DNA of 64,000 nt, taken from positions 35,222,401 through 35,286,400 of the forward strand of contig CM120641.1 in the NCBI GenBank assembly GCA_051362555.1, read 5' to 3'. The notes beneath the pieces were generated by a model. The model ran no database searches. It saw only the letters and a program-made list of their open reading frames with translations, and was not told the origin of the DNA. Origin of the DNA: Lingula anatina. Its lineage: Eukaryota > Animalia > Brachiopoda. The translations under genes were made by a program, and so were the position numbers. Position 1 is the stretch's first letter. Every line of letters begins with the position of its first letter. Shown in pieces: positions 53,101 through 64,000 of this stretch.

Positions 53101-55439
53101 GCAAAGATGAACCAGAGACAAAAAGTTCCAAGAAAGAAGAGGGGAAGAAAAAGGATAAAAAGGATGTGGCCTGTAAAATCCCTGCTCCAAAAAGAGGTAT
53201 AATTACCACGCTTAAATTTGATGAATTGAGGACAAATGGAAATTTTACAGCTGCATTTATTAAAGAAAGCATAGTAGATAAATAGAGGAAATTTAATCAA
53301 TTTTGCCTTGTTGGTTTCGTTTGTGTGTATTTGATTGTCCTGGTGATCAAATTCATCATAAAACATTTTCCATCCAAAATTGTTTAGATCTCTAAAAGAG
53401 CTTGCCATATCTTGTAGAATTGCTATCATTATAAGCTCCCTGGGTTTTACTTATAGTTTATAGTAGAAACCCTTGCAGTACCTTAGTATCATCTTTACCT
53501 ATTCCCTTAGTTGAAGGGTTGAAGTCTTATCCTAGGATTGTCTTTTCTATCCTGTTTAGCCTCTAAAATACCTGCTGCCACTAGTACAAGGCATCAACTT
53601 GAGAAGTCCAGATCCGAGAGAGAATTAAAAGCTGGCAGCAGTAATGAAAATACTACACCTAGTAAAGGTGACGATGCAATTTATTTTTGATATATATTAA
53701 GGAATTGAAAAACTGAAGATTTGTGTGATGTGATTTACTGTAGAAACCGTTTTCTCTTTAGAAATCAGTTACTGCTATTGGAAATGATTTACTGTAGAAA
53801 CTGTATTCTCTTTAGAATGCTATTCAGTCTTTATGTTTATTCCAATGCATTTTTACAAGTAATTAGCTTAATCCACCCCATGAAATCATGTTCCAGTTGA
53901 CCACAGTGATGTTTGCAACGACATACTGCAACTTATCAGTCAGTGGTCACATAAGAATGTGTTTGACTGCTAGTTTCAATTTTTACAGGTAATAAAACAG
54001 TCAAAAGTTTGAAGAATACCACACCTTCCCCAACTTCCAAGTCTCGGTCCCCGGGCAGTGCCAGCAGCATAGGGTCAGCATGCAGCACTAATAGCAGGTA
54101 AGAGGCACTTTCAAATGGGAGTTTTGTTGGTCAAGTTCATAGCAAGACTAACTTGAATCAGAAATATGCTAACTGATGGCCCCATGATGTCCAGATCACA
54201 CAGGGAGGTTCGTGAATTTCTAACCTGTCAGGACATCTGAGACCTTTTGAAAAAAATTAAGCTAGTGATTTCCCATTATCCAGTTTTATTGGTTAATTTC
54301 CATTTTTTATACTCATGTAAGTAAACAAGACTGTAAAAAACAGATTGTTAGAAAGTGAAAGTAAAAGCTTCCTGAAGCAGTATCCATATGATTGAAGTTA
54401 GTGTAGTTATAAACCAGGCCATAGTCTACATGTGAATGAAAGCATATTTATGTAAAAAAAGTTGGAACTTATATGATATTGAACCTCAGTTTAGATTTAG
54501 TTTAATAATAATAATACAGATTATTGTGGGGCTTATTGGTGCTCAATATTCTTGAATATTTTGTGAACCATACTTTATGTTGGGATTCTTTTTCTTGACT
54601 TAAAAAAAATTTGTTTTTTGATAAAGTCATATTATGCTTTTATACTTATATTTTATCTCAGAATTAAATTTAAATTTAAATTAAGTTGCTTAATTGTGTT
54701 TATTTTCTTTTCAGACGTAGTTCAGCTAGCTCAACTTATAGTTCCTCTAGTAGTGTACCTTCTCCATCGCCAAGTTCAGCTGGTAGAAGGCGTCTCAACA
54801 CTGGAAGTCCCCTTTCTATTGCAAGTCCAGGTTAGTTTGAGTTAGAATCTACTCATTAGAACAATATAAACAGTGGGAAGAGATTATTTTTTTACCTCTT
54901 TAAGTTGCTTGATATATCATTGATTTAAAAGATTATTAGCTCATTTTGACCAAATTGTCTATGTCTGTGTGTGTGTGTGTATTGTTCATTCACCGAGGAC
55001 TAAATTGCCCTTTATAATTTGTTAAAAATACATAGCCTGACTAGAATTTCCTTTCCTTTCAGATTCATCATCATATAGCACAACAAATGGTGGAACTGCA
55101 CAGAAGAAAAATAGCCAGCCTGGAGTCAGTGGGGTACCAACAGCAAAGTAAGTAGACCAACTGCTGGGGAAAACATGTTTTATCTTGCTTGATTTGATTT
55201 GGTTTTTCCTTAAATTATTATTTAAAAGGGTATATTAAATACATAAATATTGTATATTTGACATGTATTCCACATAGCTAGACTCCCTTTGGTGGCTTTG
55301 TTTTATAAGAATTTGGTTAGTGAAGTAAGTTACTTTTCTAAATCTGCATTCATATGGTTTATGTTCAGTTCAGTGACACCAAGTTCTAAATGACATACCC
55401 ATTGCACTTTTCAGAAGGAAGACCTCGATGTCCAAATGA
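24183..55439 (+). CDS. PPP4R4: Serine/threonine-protein phosphatase 4 regulatory subunit 4 (HEAT repeats), about 894 aa. Exons 24183-24272, 25139-25212, 35248-35350, 37878-38025, 38572-38645, 39531-39637, 39841-39948, 43447-43568, 47908-48030, 48498-48619, 49003-49080, 49452-49571, 49948-50292, 50542-50647, 50842-51134, 52327-52368, 52832-52909, 53088-53196, 53560-53667, 53989-54097, 54715-54830, 55063-55147, 55415-55439
   Basis: Motifs colinear with vertebrate PPP4R4: LTVDEKLNDIERAVYLLSSGQDIQ, NAWLETLL, QSRLASCRILGK, LCQDVDYEVRGCMCRQL, ILPELVELANDE, RKNAAFNFPAM, LISLLKDES, SDQIYFKF, DPVPNIRLRLC, LLQQLESCVRKLL. All 22 introns are GT-AG with matching phases. The C-terminal tail is Ser/Pro/Lys-rich. 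Confidence 0.95.
25510..25708 (+). mobile_element. MITE family A copy 1 (PIF/Harbinger-like, TTA TSD)
   Basis: TTA on both flanks, subterminal AGATCGATCT/GGTCGATCT motifs, and homology to 26215-26428 and 52413-52639. Confidence 0.8.
26215..26428 (+). mobile_element. MITE family A copy 2 (TTA TSD)
   Basis: Direct homolog of 25510-25708 (GCGGGGAGTCTCACTAGATT...CTACAAGCTGTAAGGGG...GAACCCCCAGGGAGTTAGGTCGATCT), with TTA on both flanks. Confidence 0.8.
30574..30741 (+). CDS. Putative alternative exon of PPP4R4 within intron 2 (alternative first exon from ATG 30590, or in-frame cassette)
   Basis: Open frame MEEPAIVDLLPSEMRIIQHELEFQNNLDILEHRPAWTPMADPDLDLDIVA ends at GA|GTAAGT, a strong phase-2 donor matching the phase of exon 35248. 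The possible acceptor CCCAG at 30573 is also in phase. Confidence 0.6.
38089..38128 (+). repeat. (CA)n microsatellite
   Basis: CA dinucleotide run with a few CG interruptions, followed by degenerate CATG/CA repeats. Confidence 0.9.
43305..43328 (+). repeat. Poly(C) tract (poly(G) on the minus strand)
   Basis: Run of about 24 C, roughly 120 nt upstream of PPP4R4 exon 8. Confidence 0.9.
45087..45345. mobile_element. Near-perfect palindromic MITE (Harbinger-like termini GGCTTCGTTCACATGG)
   Basis: Arms of about 123 bp are reverse complements with five transition mismatches around a short loop. Flanks are TTT and TTA. Confidence 0.88.
45497..47577 (-). mobile_element. Internally deleted hAT-superfamily DNA transposon, about 2.08 kb, in PPP4R4 intron 8
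   Basis: Perfect 17-bp TIR CAGTGTTCATTCTAGGA at both ends, CTTTCC duplicated on both flanks, and transposase remnants on the minus strand. Confidence 0.88.
46060..47198 (-). pseudogene. Disrupted hAT transposase fragment (ZNF862/C17orf113-type N-terminal zinc finger). Exons about 47198-46778 and 46334-46060
   Basis: MAEK*NGILRFLKK...RSFQKWWRNTYKWLVHD...VYCSLCIE...FFQGTNKFRTSTLMRHE, then G|GTAAG spliced to KDGAIMAVGKSVYWIV*EGIAIHKF, with a later IDNLINNIKKR segment. Two in-frame stops are present and the catalytic core is missing. Confidence 0.75.
48043..48248. mobile_element. Diverged palindromic MITE just downstream of PPP4R4 exon 9
   Basis: The left arm GGCTGCATTCACAACCAAAGTTGATCCGTAGACTAACAGATTCGAGGATCAAATAT pairs imperfectly with ATATTTGATCCACGGATCTGTTTGTCTAGGGATCAAGTTGTTCTGAATGGGCC. 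Confidence 0.72.
52413..52639 (-). mobile_element. MITE family A copy 3 (core inverted)
   Basis: The core CTAACTCCCTGGGGGTTCACGCTAAA...TAATCTAGTGAGACTCCCC is the reverse complement of the core of copies 1 and 2. Confidence 0.8.
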
Positions 55440-56854
55440 CCCCCCAGGTTTCCTGCTAAAGCAGGAGCAGTGCAAGTCTCTTGGCAACACTCAGTGGGGT
55501 GAAAGGCATTGATGGGAGTAGACCAAGCAAGGGGCAGGGGATACTATCAGCTCCCCACCTCCTCCCTAGATACCAGTGCTATCATGTGGATTACAATCAA
55601 CTTCTGGTGTAACCAGCTTTTCTAAAAAAATAAATAAAAAAGAAAAGGTTGTGAAAGTAGGGGCTTGCATATTTTGAAAATGTCTGGCAAAAAAAGGATA
55701 AATTTGTAGATCCTACCACAAGTTTTTTTTAAGTTATGAGGCAAAATAAGTAGTGACACTTTTGACACTGGGGATAAAACCTGTTTTGAGCACATATGGA
55801 AGCCAAGTCAATCTGGAGTAAATCTGTTTAGTGCGATTTAGTTAGTAGTATGTGCCAGGAGTGACACTGAAAGTTCTTAAAAGAGATTTTATAAGCCAAA
55901 GCTCTTATTTTATGTAGTTTATAAAATGTTTTTCTTGATCTTCCAAAGAAAAGAAGATAAAGAAACGTATTGCAGTTGAAGTTTTATTATTGTAATAATG
56001 ATGTGAACCTGAGATTTGTGCTGTTTTATGGCAGTTGTGTCAAGTTTTTACCATGACATATAAGTAAAGTTCCAAGAAGCATAGAAGAATTCTGAAATAT
56101 CTGAACACTGTGGAAAGTATGCGATCACCACCCAAGACAGAACTGTGCAATAAATTCTCCCTACATTCAGTGTGCTTCTTTGGGGCATGGCGATTTTTTT
56201 TCCTGGCCTCTTTTGTCACAACAAATGTACTGATACAGGGATGCCACCATGATTGAAAATATATACTGGTTATTGACGAAAAAAAAGAAAAAGAAAAAAG
56301 AAATATTAATTTTACATGCAATAGTAATTCTGCATTCCAGGAAAAATGTGTTGTTATAGCTCAGTATACTACATGACATCATATAAAATATCTGTGGTCC
56401 ATGACATGTATTACAAGTTTTGTATTATATGTGTCCTTTGTGCATTCAATGCTTCTACTGAAAAGCCCGAAAGGGTGTGTAAAGAGTACTGTAGATGTCT
56501 TAAAACACAGACTTAGATGATATCACTAGTTTTACGAAATGCAGCTTGGATCTTGTATTTGAATGGTTGTGTAGGTTTCAGCAAATCAGTGTTCAGTTAT
56601 TTTGTTTAATGATGATTTGACCTTTGCACTCATAGATAAACAATTATTTCACTTATTTTCAAAAGATACATAGTATTGTTCAAATGATATGTCTCAATAA
56701 AGTGATGAGAGGTAATTTGAGTTGTGTCATACATTATCAGAATTAATAAAACAATATATTTGGAGAACACTTTATAGTGATCAGGGATATGTATCAATTG
56801 AATCTTCAAACTTCCACTCAATAACTAACCAATGTAGTGGCCTCTCCCTGTGTC

Positions 56855-57520
56855 CTTTCACTAGGTATTGACCTAGATGGACTGGTCACCTCATTTAGTG
56901 ACATACAGCTTAGAATAGTCTCTTGCACCCTGTCCCAATGTGTGAAGTCGACTATTCATCGAACTTTAGAAGCAAAATTTGATTGATAGTCATACATATT
57001 CCTCAACTCTTAATTCTACTGGATAACTAAAAACACTCCTTTAACAGTGATGCAACTGTGTTAAATTTCAAAATTATCATTTTTCTCTTATAATGCCTTT
57101 GCATGCTTTTGAGCACTTCTTGGAATGATAAAAAACTAATTCTTTTCACTTTGAAATGAAAGTGGAAGTGGGACATTTTACCGGAAGGTTTTCTGCTCTA
57201 TACACATTTTTAATACTTTGGTTATTATTGATTATTTAAGATGAAAACTGTCACCATGCTTAAGTTTTTGGAGTGCACATTTTCTATTTGTTTTCCAAGA
57301 CCCTATTTTGGCTGCCTGGATGTGCCATGATATCTGCTGAAAACAAACCACATATTTGGGGAAAACTTATATAATTACAACACTGGAACTTTCATTAACA
57401 GTTGACTGACGTTGTGGTATCGACCGGAGTTCTTTCACTTGGTAATGACCTGGAGGGACCAGTCACCTGATTTATTAACATACGGCTAGGAATAGTCCCC
57501 AGCACTCTATCCCATATGTG
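56855..57520 (+). repeat. Two diverged copies of about 85 bp (about 56855-56942 and 57433-57520) downstream of the PPP4R4 stop
   Basis: CTTTCACTAGGTATTGACCTAGATGGACTGGTCACCT...AGAATAGTCTCTTGCACCCTGTCCCA versus CTTTCACTTGGTAATGACCTGGAGGGACCAGTCACCT...GGAATAGTCCCCAGCACTCTATCCCA. Confidence 0.75.
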
Positions 57521-58798
57521 CAGTAAGTTAATATTTAGGCCCCCTTTCTAGCTAAATGTTGGGTTTTCTACCCACTCCAAGACAGCTTCTTTGATGGCAT
57601 GTTAGCTCATTTTCCTCTTGTCAAGAATGAAGTCTTCATCCATTATGCAATCAAGGTCTCCGTTATGTTGGAAAATTGCAGAATTTTGAGATTTCATTAG
57701 TACAGGGTATTCTATGTTGTTTTACTTGTACTTTCAAGCCCGTTTTTTTTCTCCAATGCACATTTCAGAGCAGCCAGTAGCCCAGTAGCACCACACACTG
57801 TAATCGATTCCTTCCTTTCCTGGGGTTTGTCTTCACTTTTACCAGTCCCCCTAGTATTCCAGTATCAGAGTTATACATATTTCTCATTCTAATTTTACTG
57901 GACAACTAAATACATTATAAACAGCACTTTTATTTGATAATCTTTATTAACATTACTGTCTTTTATTTATCACTATACATGTTTCCCAATAAATGAGGTA
58001 TATGTGAAAGAGAACAATACATGAAATTCATGACTAAACATAAGGTCTTTGAGTAATATCCAATTGGTGAAAAAGTTGTATATTAGTTTTTTAATTTTCA
58101 TGTTTTCCACAGCTGTTTGTGCAATACATAGGCTTTATACAGTTAAACTGCGAAAATTCAGTATCCGTAGCAGTAATAAAGAATATATGTATATATACAT
58201 GTGGGTGCATATAGAAAGATAAAGCTAGTACTCTTCTGCTATTTACAAATGTACATAATGCAAAAAATATATATTTATATCTTTTTCCAAGCCTGATCAT
58301 TTATCCTTCACGAATAAAAATGCTTTTTAGAAATTTCTAATCTAAGTGTTAAACCCTTTGAAATAAGGGCAACTTCATACTAATCTTCTTCATAATTTCA
58401 TACTAAACGTCAAGCATTCTATCGATACACGTTATACATAATCTTAATAAAACTTTTTAGGTTGCCTTTCGTACTATTAACCTTGACAACACCCAAAAGC
58501 TGGTTTTAAAAAAAACTTTAACCATATAAATGCTTTTTGGAATTTCGTCATCATCAAGTAAAATATGGCAACTTATATACAACAATCAATCAATGAAATT
58601 TTTTTCCCTTTCAAATTGATATGTAAAATAAAATTTTGGATAAATTTCTAGACGTTCTGACAAGACAAATGGCCTTAATAACCCAATTCTTGAGGCACAT
58701 TGAATTATATGGATATATCCTAAGCTGTCCAGCAGCACACCGTATATATTACTATTCAATTTGTACTCCTATTTAACAACAACAAATAAAACATTTTC

Positions 58799-61700
58799 TC
58801 ATGAGCTTCCACCTTCTTCTTCCTCCTCCTCTTCATCATCCTCATCATCCTCAAAATCCACATGTACTGTATGCCCAGCTGCTGCAGCTTCTTCTGCTTG
58901 CTGTTTGAGCGTCTTTTTGTATGGCTTGGTACGCACAAGGCTAAATTCCTCTGCAGACAAGAGGAAAATCCCACTGGCTGTGAGCAGCTTGCCGTGCCTT
59001 GTTTTCAAGTGCCTCTTGTATGTGTTCCTTGTCTTGAACTTCATGGCGCAGTCTGTACATTCAAATGGTGTTTCACCAGTGTGGCGCCGCAGGTGCTCCT
59101 AAATATATCACTGGACATTACATAACTTTATAACATATTGGGATGTGAGTGAAATGAGATGGACCTATTTTTGTGCTATATCAAATGATAGATAAAAGGA
59201 GTAAGTGTTGTCATATTATACAAAACAATCATGTACTTTTGCCAGTTCCCTACAAAACAATTTTTAGAGATGCAAAAAAGTTTTAAAATTCTACAAAACT
59301 TACTCGCATGCTCATAATAAAATTGTATGATACATCTTTTGGAGAGTTTCAGAAATGCATTTATTTACGTCATAAAGTACCTACCTTAAAATGGCTTGGG
59401 TGCCTAAATTTCCTCCCACAGTCAATGCAAGTAAACCTGCTCTGATTATTGTGAATTAACATGTGGTAGTTTAGACTGTGCTGTCTGGTAAAGGTGGTGT
59501 TACAAATTAGGCACACAAATGGCTTGATCCCTGGAGAAACCCAAAATAGCAAATTAAGAATGATATATTTACATGGGTAGTAGGCGGGGAAAAACTGTCT
59601 GCAATAAACACTGTAGATAGGGTTGAGCATACTTAATGAAAAGAAATTGCTTTCACATTATGAGTACTTCCTAGTTTTGAAGGTTTGTCTTTCAAATATT
59701 TTACATAAAATCAAGTTCACTCTGCTGGATGTTAAATGAAATTTCCACTTGGGAAAAATGGCTGTTTTACCTGCATGGCTTCTGTAGTGGTACATGAGTG
59801 TTGCAGTTGCAGTGAAAGTTTTGTCCTTGCATAGTCTACAAACTAAAATTCCCTTTTCTGTGCCTTTTTTGTTCTTCAGTTCTCTGATATACTTTAGGGC
59901 CATTTTCTGAAAAATCAATACTATTAAATGCAAGACCATTTTGTTGGTCTCGATTACATGTAAATCTGATGATAGATAAAATGAGTAAGTATTGTCATAT
60001 TATATAAAACAATCATGCACTTTTGCCAGTTCCCTACAAAACAATTGGTCAAAGTTGTGGCATAAAATGGCATATAACTCCATTCACATCAACACTTCTC
60101 AGTTGAAGCCAGTCAAATTCTTCACAACCAAATATATTGTCAGTAAAACAAATGACAAGACATTCTTCATTTAAATATAAAAAATTACTTTTGACATTTA
60201 GAAAAAAAATTCATTCTTTTCAGAATATAGCATAGAACTGTTTTACCCTTTCCCATTCTGCACTGCCTTCAACAAGTTTTTTCTTCTTCTTTTTTAAAGT
60301 TGTCACATTTATTTCTTCTTCATCAGTGGACGATAAAACTTCTTCTGGCACTGGCATCTTGCCCTTCTTTGCAATCAGGGATTTTGGCATTGGTGGATAT
60401 GGTTCTGAAAAAATCACCAAATAAATTACAATGCTCAAAGGCATTTCATCTACAATGAGATTTAGTAAAGAAACAAGGTTACCAAAAGCAGTAAAGAGAC
60501 TTGCTGCGGTTTAACTTTTTACAGATTCAGGGGTTGGTGTGTTTTATGTTTAAACATTTTCACTTTACTCCACAGTATCACAGATTAAACGCTTGCCAAA
60601 TGTTAGTTGAAAACAGACCTGACGAAACATTTACCCACACAGCTAAGTGCATTTTAAGGACAACTCGCCAACTTCGGCAAGTGCAAAAAAGAAAAAATCC
60701 TAATCTTCACCCTTTATCATTTCTGCTATGCATCTCAGACGGGGCAAACACTTGGGTTTGACAAAAGGGAAACCCTTGCAAAATATTTTCTACGGCAGTA
60801 AATCTTTTGATGCTTACTTTGCCCAGTATCTCCCACTCCATCAACGGCCTGCTCCTCAGAACCGGTTCCCATTTGAACAATCTCTTCTGAGCTGACAAGC
60901 TGAACAGGCACGGCAGTCATATCACTGGGGAGGCGAAGCTTGTCAAGGCGCACCACTGGAATTGTCATGGTTTTTGGATTGATATCTTCACCATGATTTT
61001 GACTCAGTGTCAGAGTTAGTGTCTTAGGTTGCTCAGATTCATCTTCATTTTTATTAGGCATAGGGCCCCACCTTAATGCACATGATCGGCTGGTACCAAT
61101 TTCGGCAATGTCTTGTCCTTCTTCCATTTCATCATCACTTGTATCTCGTGGCCCAAAGATTGTGGTGTAATTGTGATCATGATATGGCTGTCGCCTGCTG
61201 AGAAATTCTAAAATAAATTCCTCATTTTCTCTGATTTTTCTTTTTGTTTCTTGATTGTCTTTAGGTTTTGGGGCAACCTCACCAGCCGTAGCCTGCAAAG
61301 CACTAAGCCTTGTCCTATTTGGGTTCTTTTCCACACTTTTTCTAATCCTGTACTGTTTATTGGCAAACTTCTTCACAATATTTTTCCTAGTTGGGGATGA
61401 TGCGTTTCCAGATCTGCCCTTCTCTGCTGAGCCCGAGTCGGAGTTCTCTCTTGCTTCATTTTCATCAATGTCTGAGTTTTTACTACCAACCATGTCTGAA
61501 AGGTTTATCATTTTCCCTTTGGGAAAAACGTAGACATCTTCAGATTGTCCTGAAGACTTAATCACAGTGAAATTTCCCTTATCTTTTTTGAATGTTTTTG
61601 AACTGGCAGGTCCTGGTTTCAATGGGGACAGGTGAAGCTTCTTTTGTTGCTTTTTCTTGGCAGCTTTAGCAGCTGCTTTTTCAGCTGAAAATAGGAATGA

Positions 61701-63109
61701 TTTGTAAAGGAATTTCAGTTTCACTTCATACTTCCTTGGGACTAAATGCACTTCAACAAACAGTTAAAAAAACAAAATACCATTTTGGTATTCCTTTCTA
61801 AATTTCTTAATTTTTGAATGATTAAATTATGAGTTCCATGCAAGAGGTAACCCAAGTTTTGTCAAGATAAAAATGATATATAACTAAACCTAAACTTCTG
61901 CTGATACTAGTAAGGAGCAACATGTCACTGCATACCTGAAAGTCTCTTCTTTCTTGCAGGCACTGGTTCAGCAGTGAACTTTATTTTGTGAGATCTCCCT
62001 GGAACTTAAGACAAAATGGAAAATATTATGATATTTACAATCAAATGTATAAGCATGTTTGTCTGGTGAAATCATTTAAAAATGCTATTCCAGATATCTT
62101 ACAAAGTGTATGTTACATGTGAAAGTGTTTTCCATAATTATTCAACAAGGAGAAAAAAGTCTATATATTACAAAAAAACATGTAGCCAGGAATATCCTTC
62201 AGAAAAGGATTTATAGATTTAAATAACCAAAAGAGAGAAATGCTCAAAATGCTTGAATGTTTACCATTTGCTTCATCTACCAGCTCACTGACATGGTCAA
62301 GAAGATGTGTTCTCATCTGCAACCTGGCTCTATTTTCATTACCAAAACTGGTGAAACTACTATTGCACTTTCCAGGCATTAAGTAACATGTGTAGGTATA
62401 GTTCCGCTTCAGCTCATGTGCAGATGTATCTGAGAATAATGCCAAAAGCTGTTTGTCTGTGAGCTGGGCTATCTGGTCCAATGACAGCACATCCAGCGAC
62501 TGCATACTGCGGGCTGTTAACTGGATATAAGGTAAATAAATATAGAATAGCATATCTAAATAATTAATATAAAACTTAAAAGTGCTTTAAATTGCTAGGA
62601 ATATTCCTCATTTTAACTTGCATTACATTAAACATCAAAAAGGGATACTTCTAAATTTGTTATATCTTGGCATCAATTGAAATGCTTTAATATAGTGACA
62701 TTGTACAAAGAAAGCAAAGAATTTCAAAATAAATATGCTGAGACCATCATTGTTTTAAAAAAGATTTCATTAGTAACTACCTTCTTGGTTGGAGTTTTTG
62801 CAGCTGATGGATCACTTGCAAGGGTTTCTGATGCTACCTGTGCGAGCACATCTAACATCATGTTTCCCCTGTTTTGTGAGTCTAACTGATCCTCATCTCC
62901 GACATCTTCCATGTCAATCTCCTCTTCATCACTGGAGCCTTTGTCATCTTCTGGATCTTGATCTACCTCAACACTGGTGTCAAAGGTGCAAAGATCAGAA
63001 CTTGTATTGTGAGATTCTTCAATGTCCCCCTCAACATCAACTTCCATTTCACCATCCTCCAGATCTGAAGAGTCCTCTTCAGTTTTTACCAATGTGGAAC
63101 TGCTAGATT
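58799..63109 (-). CDS. C2H2 zinc-finger protein (four C-terminal fingers, one atypical N-terminal finger, acidic tail), 5' end unresolved. Exons 63109-62781, 62520-62265, 61998-61936, 61684-60818, 60404-60247, 59906-59771, 59530-59385, 59098-58799
   Basis: Fingers CRLC...HYRSH, CLIC...HMLIH, CIDC...HLRRH and CTDC...HLKTRH with linkers AGIKPF and TGETPF. The N-terminal CYLMPGKC...HLLDH is finger-like. All junctions are GT-AG and in phase, giving about 750 codons. Confidence 0.88.
59186..60046 (+). repeat. Segment of about 77 bp duplicated in two introns of the zinc-finger gene (59186-59262 and 59970-60046)
   Basis: TGATAGATAAAA..GAGTAAGT.TTGTCATATTATA.AAAACAATCATG.ACTTTTGCCAGTTCCCTACAAAACAATT is nearly identical in both copies. 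Confidence 0.85.
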
Positions 63110-64000
63110 CTAATTGGAAGACAAAAAGAGGATTAAAACGTTTTTTCAATTTCACTGTTCAATTTCACTGTTTTTTCAATTTCTACATCACTGTTTCTAA
63201 GAGTGAAAGAATAAAAAAATCCTATCATTTCCATTTAAATAACTGGTCAGCTTGAATGAGCAGGAAAAAAGTTACTTAAATTAAGTTTTTTTTAAAGCTG
63301 TGAGCATGTAAATTCTGTAACAGTAATAAAATTAATGTTCTGGCTTTAAATATCAGATCTTTATGAAAAGTAAAAATGCAAGGAATAAAAGAAACTGTTC
63401 AATTAACTTCAGTCTTCTGGAAAAAAGTACAGTATACAGTTCCCCTGAAGTACTGTATACAGGCATATTAAAACCTCTAAAGATTAAAAACAAATCTTTA
63501 TGCACTATAGCACCTCTTTCACAGAATTCATATGCTTTTATAATTAACCATTAAAACCCACTTTAGATTTTTGTGGCTATTCAAAATTGTCCTCTGTAAT
63601 ATCTTAATATTTGCAAAACTAACTTACCAATACAGATATAAACTTTCAAAATCTATTTTTTAAATTTTGGACATGCTTCATGCACTAAATTTAACTTGAA
63701 GCCATCTTTTAGCCAATACGACTGTCGATTCAAACTGATAAAACTCTGTTTATGTTCCTCACATCACTAAATCAATTTGCTGTCTCGAACTTGTTGTTAT
63801 CAGCTCTTGGTAGCCTAAAATTTCATGTTCTCCTTTTCCCCAAATATTATCCCGCGCTAGCAACTATAGCAAAATCGTTATAAAGTATAAGTGTATCTAA
63901 GCCCCGTTTTCACAGTAATAGGTGCCATCGAAATGCAAAATACCACAAAATCCATAGTTCACAGATTACACATTTAGCAAATGCTTTGTGAGGTAAAACG

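Noticed and set aside
63628-63800. Upstream coding exon of the zinc-finger gene at the donor G|GTAAGT (63628)
   Set aside because: The required frame hits a stop within a few codons upstream. It may be a UTR exon or micro-exon, so it was not included in the CDS.
1-64000. Most 60-140 aa ORFs in the supplied track, and any prokaryotic-type system
   Set aside because: The track uses TTG/GTG starts and ignores splicing. The ORFs are intronic, biased to Phe/Ile/Leu/Lys as expected for AT-rich noise, and all real genes here are spliceosomal.

Overview
AT-rich, intron-containing eukaryotic DNA from an invertebrate bilaterian. The repeat types are compatible with a lophotrochozoan such as a mollusc, but the taxon is inference. 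The supplied ORF track mostly shows exon fragments and shadow ORFs, so I rebuilt gene models by hand from GT-AG boundaries and codon phase. Six genes alternate strictly in orientation: a Prop-type paired-class homeobox gene (+, 5' end outside the window), MCFD2 (-), TAF1A (+), eIF3k (-), PPP4R4 (+, 23 coding exons over about 31 kb) and an unnamed C2H2 zinc-finger gene (-, 5' end unresolved). Introns hold several MITEs, a Helentron-associated (HINE-like) element and an internally deleted hAT transposon with a 6-bp TSD. The main observations are a U12 minor-spliceosome intron in eIF3k with a competing U2-type donor 6 nt upstream, an in-phase hidden alternative exon in PPP4R4 intron 2, a zinc-finger protein carrying MYC-like WDR5- and HCF1-binding motifs plus PxVxL and Sin3-like motifs, and a MITE copy whose core is flipped relative to its ends. 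I found no CRISPR, rRNA or tRNA, and no clearly new multi-gene system.
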